Below, piece by piece: positions 37,601 to 43,628 of a stretch of DNA of 43,628 nucleotides. The stretch spans positions 1 to 43,628 of the forward strand of contig MU271200.1 of assembly GCA_021432655.1 (NCBI GenBank), read 5' to 3'. Source of the DNA: Atractiella rhizophila (Eukaryota). The notes beneath the pieces are model-generated. The model did no database searches. It was not told the DNA's origin and saw only the letters and a list, made by a program, of their open reading frames with translations. The translations under genes and the position numbers were made by a program. The stretch's first letter is position 1, and each line of letters opens with the position of its first letter.

Positions 37601-38081
37601 TCGATACAAACCTTCCCGAATATCCTCACATACAATATCAAGCGGATGACGTCTTCATCCGACTCCTCCCCTCCGACACTTTATTCGATACAAACCTTCC
37701 CGAAGACTCCGTTCTTTTGCCTGTCGCACAAACCGGTCTCTTCGTCCCCATCCCAAAGATGAGAGCCATGATTCATGGATTCTACACTCTGGCAGGGAAA
37801 GGGCAGGGGCAAGCGAAGGCATGGGTTGAGAATATTGTGGACTATGCCGATTTGGAAGACTCGTTCGAGGGGGAGTTGCCTCCAAAAGAATCGGAGGATT
37901 TGAAGAGGAGAATCAATACGAAGTCGATCAGGATGAGGGGGAAGAGGGAAAGGATAGATAAGGGCTTGGGTTATAAAGGGGCATGGAAGGGGAAACCATG
38001 GCCGCTTGATATGTGCGTGTCTCCCTTGTTTCATGCAGTGCCTCCAGATTGATTCATGGATCCTGCGTTGTTAGGCTATAG
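37101..38081 (+). CDS. Fungal protein of unknown function, possibly nucleotidyltransferase-like fold (4 exons)
   Basis: GT-AG introns near 37177-37221, 37338-37383 and 38012-38074 give one open frame: MQSRKLSHRPSNFRLAKAAMVFEVLETADIPACFGTTIALNFHLVPQVPSFYDILLPETHMLRAQQLL...WVENIVDYADL...PLDML. Start is either 37101 or 37143. The fold is a guess. Confidence 0.68.
37537..37704 (+). repeat. Perfect 84-bp in-frame tandem duplication (28 aa)
   Basis: 37537-37620 and 37621-37704 are identical; each encodes YPHIQYQADDVFIRLLPSDTLFDTNLPE. Confidence 0.95.
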
Positions 38082-38142
38082 ATGCTATGAGCAGTGTACA
38101 TCGAATCTTTAGCCACTCTTTGATGTTAGACATGGTCACTGC

Positions 38143-38231
38143 GGTGAAATATCCTTGTATTCTGGGTCAGATATTGCCACGCGCTTCGGATTCTGACAGA
38201 TTGTCTTGCGATGCAAACATATTACATAACC
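38143..38231 (+). repeat. Diverged third partial copy of repeat X
   Basis: GATATTGCCACGCGCTTCGGATTCTGACAGATTGTCTTGCGATGCAAACATATTACATA aligns with GATGTTGCCAGCGCGTTTTCAGATGCCCGACAGATTGTCTTGCAATGCAATCCATATTATATA. Confidence 0.7.
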
Positions 38232-38374
38232 AAGTAGATAGCAAGGAACTGTTCTGCTAAGCTGAAAAGAATCGAGAGCTGAAGGCGGGGTATACACACG
38301 TCAAACAGCTATAAAATCTGCGACATCATGGTTTCAATTTGTTAGGTATCGTCATGGAAGGAGTCGTCTAGTCG

Positions 38375-39594
38375 TTAAAGGAAGTATTCAATCTATAGGC
38401 AATCGTTATACGATACTAGCTGCTATCAGGATTAAGAACCCTACCTTTTGTACTGCTCCGTTTTGTCCCGCCTGTTGCATCTGCTGATGTTGTGTCGGAC
38501 CATCCCTCTCGTTCTCTGGTGCGGCCTCAAAAACGTTGAAATGTTTCTCCCCTCCAGGTCCAACCTCCAACACCGACGCCATATTGCCGCACCGATAGCA
38601 ATAATTCGGTGCGCTCCAGACGGTCGTTAACCGATCATCGTAGAGGACGGAATAGCCTTCCATGCATAACTGATGTGCACGAAGGATGTGATTCATGTTG
38701 TTGATGGCAAGGAACTTTTTGACGACTTGAGAACCGAATGTGTAACCTGCGCCACGGGGAGAGATCGCAAATTCTTCTTTGTCTGGATCAGGATCAGACC
38801 ATACTAAGTCTGCCATGGGACCATCATGTGGAATCTCTGCAAGTCACAGGTGTAAATGAATGAAGAGGAGCCGTGCATTGCGTACCGCGAAACCGGTCGA
38901 TAATTTTGATTTGGTCTATCGAATGAATAGATGGTGAGAGGCCTACATCATCATCTTACTTTAAAATCTAAGGGTTCAATTGAAGGGAAGTAACACACCT
39001 CCGTGAACGCAGAATATCCGGTCGTCGATCACCACCGAAAGTGTGAGGAAGTCGAACATGTCTGTAAAGTAGTTCCAAACATTCGGCGAGTTGTACTTCC
39101 TCACGCATTCGGTGTAAAATCCGTACGTCTGCCCCCTCAACTCATCAGAATGATGATCCAAAAGTAGAAATGGAAGCACCTGGGTGACTGCTCGCGACTC
39201 ATGGTTCCCTCTAATGAGTTGTACTCGGTTTGGATACCGTAATTTAAGGCATGTAAGCAAGCTGACAGTCTCCACGCTGAACAGTCCTCGATCTACGTAA
39301 TCCCCTATTCTCTCAGTTCGTCAGCACTTCAACAGAATGGTCGGACAAAGGTTATTAACCGAGGAAGAGGTAATTGGTATCAGGACAGAATCCTCCTATC
39401 CGAAATATCTCTATAACGTCGTAAAATTGTCCATGAATGTCACCGACGACCGTAACAGGAGCAGAGATGTGGACAACATTGCTCTCTCGCATCAACAGCT
39501 CCTTCGTCTTTTCGCATATCTCTTTGATGAGTGATTCTCCGAGCAGTTGCTTCTTTAGGAGTTGCTGTATGCATGCTTCTAGGTCGAAACCCAT
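38375..39594 (-). CDS. PPG1: PP2A-related Ser/Thr phosphatase catalytic subunit, Ppg1 type
   Basis: [53 protein letters not shown]-terminal IEYFL. The [23 protein letters not shown] and GFYTEC patterns favour Ppg1 over Pph21, Sit4 or Pph3. Confidence 0.88.
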
Positions 39595-40008
39595 GTCGTC
39601 GCCTTGGCGGATGGCAGAGGGAGGAGGTAGTTGAGGGACTGTTAGGGTGGCGCGTGAAGTTGGTCGAGTTAGGCTGCGCAAAATGACGCGCGGATGCTCA
39701 GGGCATTTGCTTACTGTACGTTGAAGGACCGAGAAGACGTTCAGGATGTCACAATGTGAAGACAGCTTTAGGTGCCGGAATGGTGCGAGAGAGTGAGCTT
39801 GTGAGGTCGAAAGCAGTTCGTAAGTTTTCCCGGATCCCGCACGTTGACATTTTTTATATGTCAAAGTTTTACTCCACCTTACATTCTTGGATCTTCATGA
39901 TGTGCAGATTCATGCCATGCATCATATTTGATGTGCAAAATATATTGGTTAAATTCCCAAGTTTTTATCATTCTTTAACGCTACAGCATTGCAACTTGCA
40001 AGTGGATT

Positions 40009-41556
40009 CTAGAACACAACCACATTCCTAAGACTCTAAATGAGCACGCTGTGGTTTCCTGAAAGACAAGAACAAAACAGACCTGAATTTAGGGCGACCT
40101 TTAATGACTTCATCGTACGCCTGCTGGATGCTTTCCAGAGGGAAGGTCTGATTCCATTATCAGTGACAGTTGGAAAAGAGCATTAAGGTTTACATTGACA
40201 ATAGCCTTTACGTTCTTCTGCAGAGCAAAGCGGATATTCTCTTCATTCACGCTTGGTTGCGTCTTCAAGAGGTCTCGTCAGGTTTGCACGATTGAGGAAG
40301 AGATCATGTGCTTACTGTTACCGATCCTTGGATGGTGATTTTATTTGCGACCAGGAAGACAGTGTTGATCTTGATCTCGTCGTCTGCTCCAAGGCCAACG
40401 ATCACAGCCTGTCCTTTCTTCGACAAAGCTGGCAAAATGGCGTTGATCGACGAAGTGTTAGGAGATGTTCTTTGAAATGTTTTTTCGCGTCAGGAAACCT
40501 CCAGTGGAAGAACGAAATGTAAACGCACGCCAGGAGTAGTTTAGCCCCTCCCAAGCTTTGCGACTTAGCAACGGCCTCATCAGCCGACCAAATATCCTCC
40601 GCCCCCAATTGTCTGACAAGATCGCGTTTGTCAGTAGTGTTAGAGACTGCAATGACTCGCAACCCGAGTTTTGCAGCGTATTGAATGCCGAGATGTCCTA
40701 GTCCTCCCATGCCTTGCACGATGCAGAGGTCTCCTGGTCTGTAACTCGCCTCTCGTAGTGCTCCATACATCGTCACTCCTGCACAGAGGAGAGGGGCGAC
40801 CTCCGAGTCCTGCTGTGATTCGTCGTCGGGAATGCGGACGAGGACTATTGAGCATTTAGGAGTGCGCAAATCTGGAAATGGGAAAAAGACCTTTTGTAGG
40901 GACGTTCAGGTACTCTTGCCATCCACCGTCTCGTCCCAAACCCGTGGGCTAAAACTTCATCAATCGCTCCGCATAACAGGGTAGGATACAGCAGACTGAC
41001 TGTTTGGGCGTCACAAACTTCTAAATCTCCACTTAGGCATCCTTCGCACACGCCGCTAGTCTCGCAATTAATTCCCGAGTTTAGTATAGATATTCTGAAG
41101 AGCATACCAGTAACCCCCTGGATATCCGACACCTACCCGTTGACCAATTTTGTAGACTGGTGCAACACCCTGACCTAAAGTGTGATTTTGAGCGTCGCTT
41201 TTGCGAGTGAATTAGATGGATAGGTACCTATTGCATCGATTCTTCCAATTACTTCGTGCCCTGTGCACCGATTGTTGCAAGTTAATCTTGACGCGCTGCC
41301 GGAAGCTTGGACTTACCTCCAACGTGAGGAAACTGGATTCCGGGCCAGTAACCGTCCACACTCAAATGATCAGTTGCACAAATCCCACAAGCGGTGACCT
41401 GTCTCCCTGTCAGCGGCTGGTCTAGATCGTCCAAGGTTGTGACGAGACCTTGATTCGAACTTCGCCAAAACCAGGCTCCTTCGTTGGAACTTGACCAATT
41501 TTGAAGGGAGAACCTGCGGCTGTGATGAGAGCAGCCCGATGCGTTTTGCTTGCCAT
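40009..41556 (-). CDS. Zn-dependent MDR alcohol dehydrogenase (intact paralog of 21530-23024)
   Basis: MASKTHRAALIT, ACGICATDH, GGHEVIG, CGVCEGC..C structural Zn site, APLLCAGVT, QGMGGLGHLGIQYA, GRPKFRNVVVF. Confidence 0.88.
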
Positions 41557-41991
41557 GAGATAGTATTTGCAGTCGGTAATAGTTTGAATTCTTCTGCTGG
41601 AAAGTGAAAGTCATTATATACTTTACAGGCCGCGTTTGCGAGGCATCTGTCTTCGGCTAATTCATACACCTGCTCGGTTGACAGAGAGATGATCGATGTC
41701 CCTCTAGAGCTCCTAGAGGACGAGGAAGTGGAGCAGGTGAGGATTTCTTACGCATGGTGCTCGGACTTTGTCTTCCTCGCCGCGCGCTTCTTCCCGTTCC
41801 TCGAGCAGGTGAATCCGAACCTGCACCACTTTCCTCCTCAACTCCTCGATGACAAATCAATTTGTCGTTAATGACCAAGATACTAGGATGGCGTCCTCAC
41901 AACTGTTCTTTCCACGTCTTCTCTATTTCGCTTAAGATATTGGTACAAACGGTCGGGGTTGTATTTACAAAACGTTGTATAATCATGCTCT

Positions 41992-43628
41992 CTAAGACGC
42001 AGGTACGTTCATGAATGACTCAAAGTAGCTCCCTAAGACCTGGTTAGCTCCAAATTACATTGGCAATGTCAAGGGCGTATTACCAATTCTTTCTGGATGA
42101 TCAATATGGAAGAGTCCAGCAACATACTGATCAGGACGAAGCACGACGATGCATCCAGTTTTCCTGTCGATGCCATATCCGTTGTACGCTTGTCCTGCTG
42201 GCTGATGATATGCGACATCGTCGGCGAAAATTGTATCGTACGCTGTATCAGAGCGAGACCATTAGCCCGAGTCTGAATAATGTAGAGGACTCGCCATATC
42301 CGCCGTGTGGTCCGACTCTTGGTCGTAGAATCTCAGGAAAATCATTAAGTTCTGAGGATGTTCGCTTTGAGGAGATGACAGTGATCACGTCAAATAGGCT
42401 GTTTATTTTGTGCTGATTTGGCGTTAGTTGGCGCACAAACCCTGAATTTGAGTCAAGATAGCTCGAAAATGTCAACAATTTCCCGAACTGATTTGAATCA
42501 GTAACATCTCCCGCGAAGAGCAAAATTCTCCAGCGACCGTCGGAGACAAATCTATCACAGAGTTGAATTGCGCAAGCACTCGCGAAATTGACGACCCAAT
42601 ACGATTCGAGGTGGGAACCGACTTTGATATTCTTTGCGAGCACTTCGGCTTCAGCCGTTGGAGGTGGACAAAGGATGGACTCGTATAGGACCGTCTAGCT
42701 CCCTAACGTGTCAACTGAGGTGGATACGATGAGGATTTCATCACTTTGCCGCTGGTAAAGAGTTTAAACTCCTTCCACACTTTGCCGAATGCCTCCATTG
42801 TTCCTGCCTGCATTGAGCATTGGTTAGGCGTCATGGCAAATGAAATCAGGCAGCTACCTGTCCCTTAGCGCTGAAAAGAGGCACCAGTGTTTTATCGACC
42901 TCAATCAATCGTTTCGCAGTGGTATATCTCTCTCGATGATCTGTTCAAGAATTAAGAAGGAGATCAGCTTGATGTCAAGCTCACATGTTGACAGCAAGCT
43001 TGCTTTCGCATAACCTCGCAGACAGTGATGTAGTTTCCACCCAAGATTATATGCGTCCATCATGGAACTTGCCAGATGTCAACTTGTTTGTTGCGGTTTC
43101 AGTGGAAGTCGCACACGTTCATTCCTTGACCAGCCTTTCAAGATGATATTTAGTATCCGTAGTGCTAATCAGCGAGCTGCACACCTTTGGAGAATGAGTG
43201 TGTATAGCATCTCCAGCCAGAAATACTCGATCGTCTTGATCAAACTTTGAGCCCAGCCTTTGCCCGATTTCACTGAAATCCAAGTCAATATGCTTCAAGC
43301 GCAATGTCTTTGGTGCTCACTATACCGTCCACCATTCGACTTCTTTGCATTCGAGTTTGAATGGTGACATTATCCTTTGTGCAGATTCAAGAATCATCTG
43401 AGGGGTTAACGCTGCACGATCCTATTCAGTATGTCAGTATACAGGCACGAGATACAGGCTGTTGCTGACAAGTCTCTTGCCCTGCTCGACTGTGCCGACT
43501 TGAATGTAGAACCTTTAGCCCCTCATCAGTTCTTTCTGGCGAAACTAGCAAATTATTTACCGTACGACAGATCTTTCTCGGGGAACAATAAGAACAGTGC
43601 CTGACTTTTCGGAGTGGATCGTCGCTTT
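41992..43628 (-). CDS. FAD-dependent phenol 2-monooxygenase family protein, 3' part (5' end outside the window)
   Basis: [63 protein letters not shown] (C-terminal dimerisation domain). Confidence 0.92.

Noticed and set aside
33784..37704. Repeats considered as CRISPR array or LTR pair
   Set aside because: Eukaryotic context, no regular repeat-spacer periodicity, no TG...CA termini, target-site duplication or gag/pol remnants.

Overview
Gene-dense, intron-rich eukaryotic DNA from a fungus, most likely a basidiomycete. The taxon is an inference from protein similarity, ~50-nt introns and degenerate donors such as GTGCGT/GTTCGT. The ORF track is fragmentary because of introns, so I rebuilt gene models by hand from splice signals; internal exon boundaries are approximate. 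Left to right: Pcl/Pho80-like cyclin (+), WBP2/GRAM-like protein (+), BUD23 (-, with an 851-nt intron), NOC2 (+), hemerythrin/HHE protein (-), NMD3 (-), PalC-like (+), Tbf1/TRF-like Myb protein (-), ADH1-type alcohol dehydrogenase (+), ESS1/PIN1 (-), a frameshifted Zn-ADH paralog (+), RNF5-like RING ligase (+), UBA-ZnF-UBX protein (-), AUH-like enoyl-CoA hydratase (+), Nam8/Ngr1-like triple-RRM protein (+), a ~4.5 kb island of nested local duplications carrying one truncated and one intact copy of an unknown gene, PPG1 (-), an intact Zn-ADH paralog (-), and the 3' part of a phenol 2-monooxygenase (-). I recognised no tRNA, rRNA, CRISPR array or intact transposon. I cannot claim a new biological system. 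The best leads are the duplication island, the large BUD23 intron, recurrent stems in longer-than-usual introns, a TAGGG cluster at the start of the Tbf1-like gene, and a structured element at 41.7 kb.
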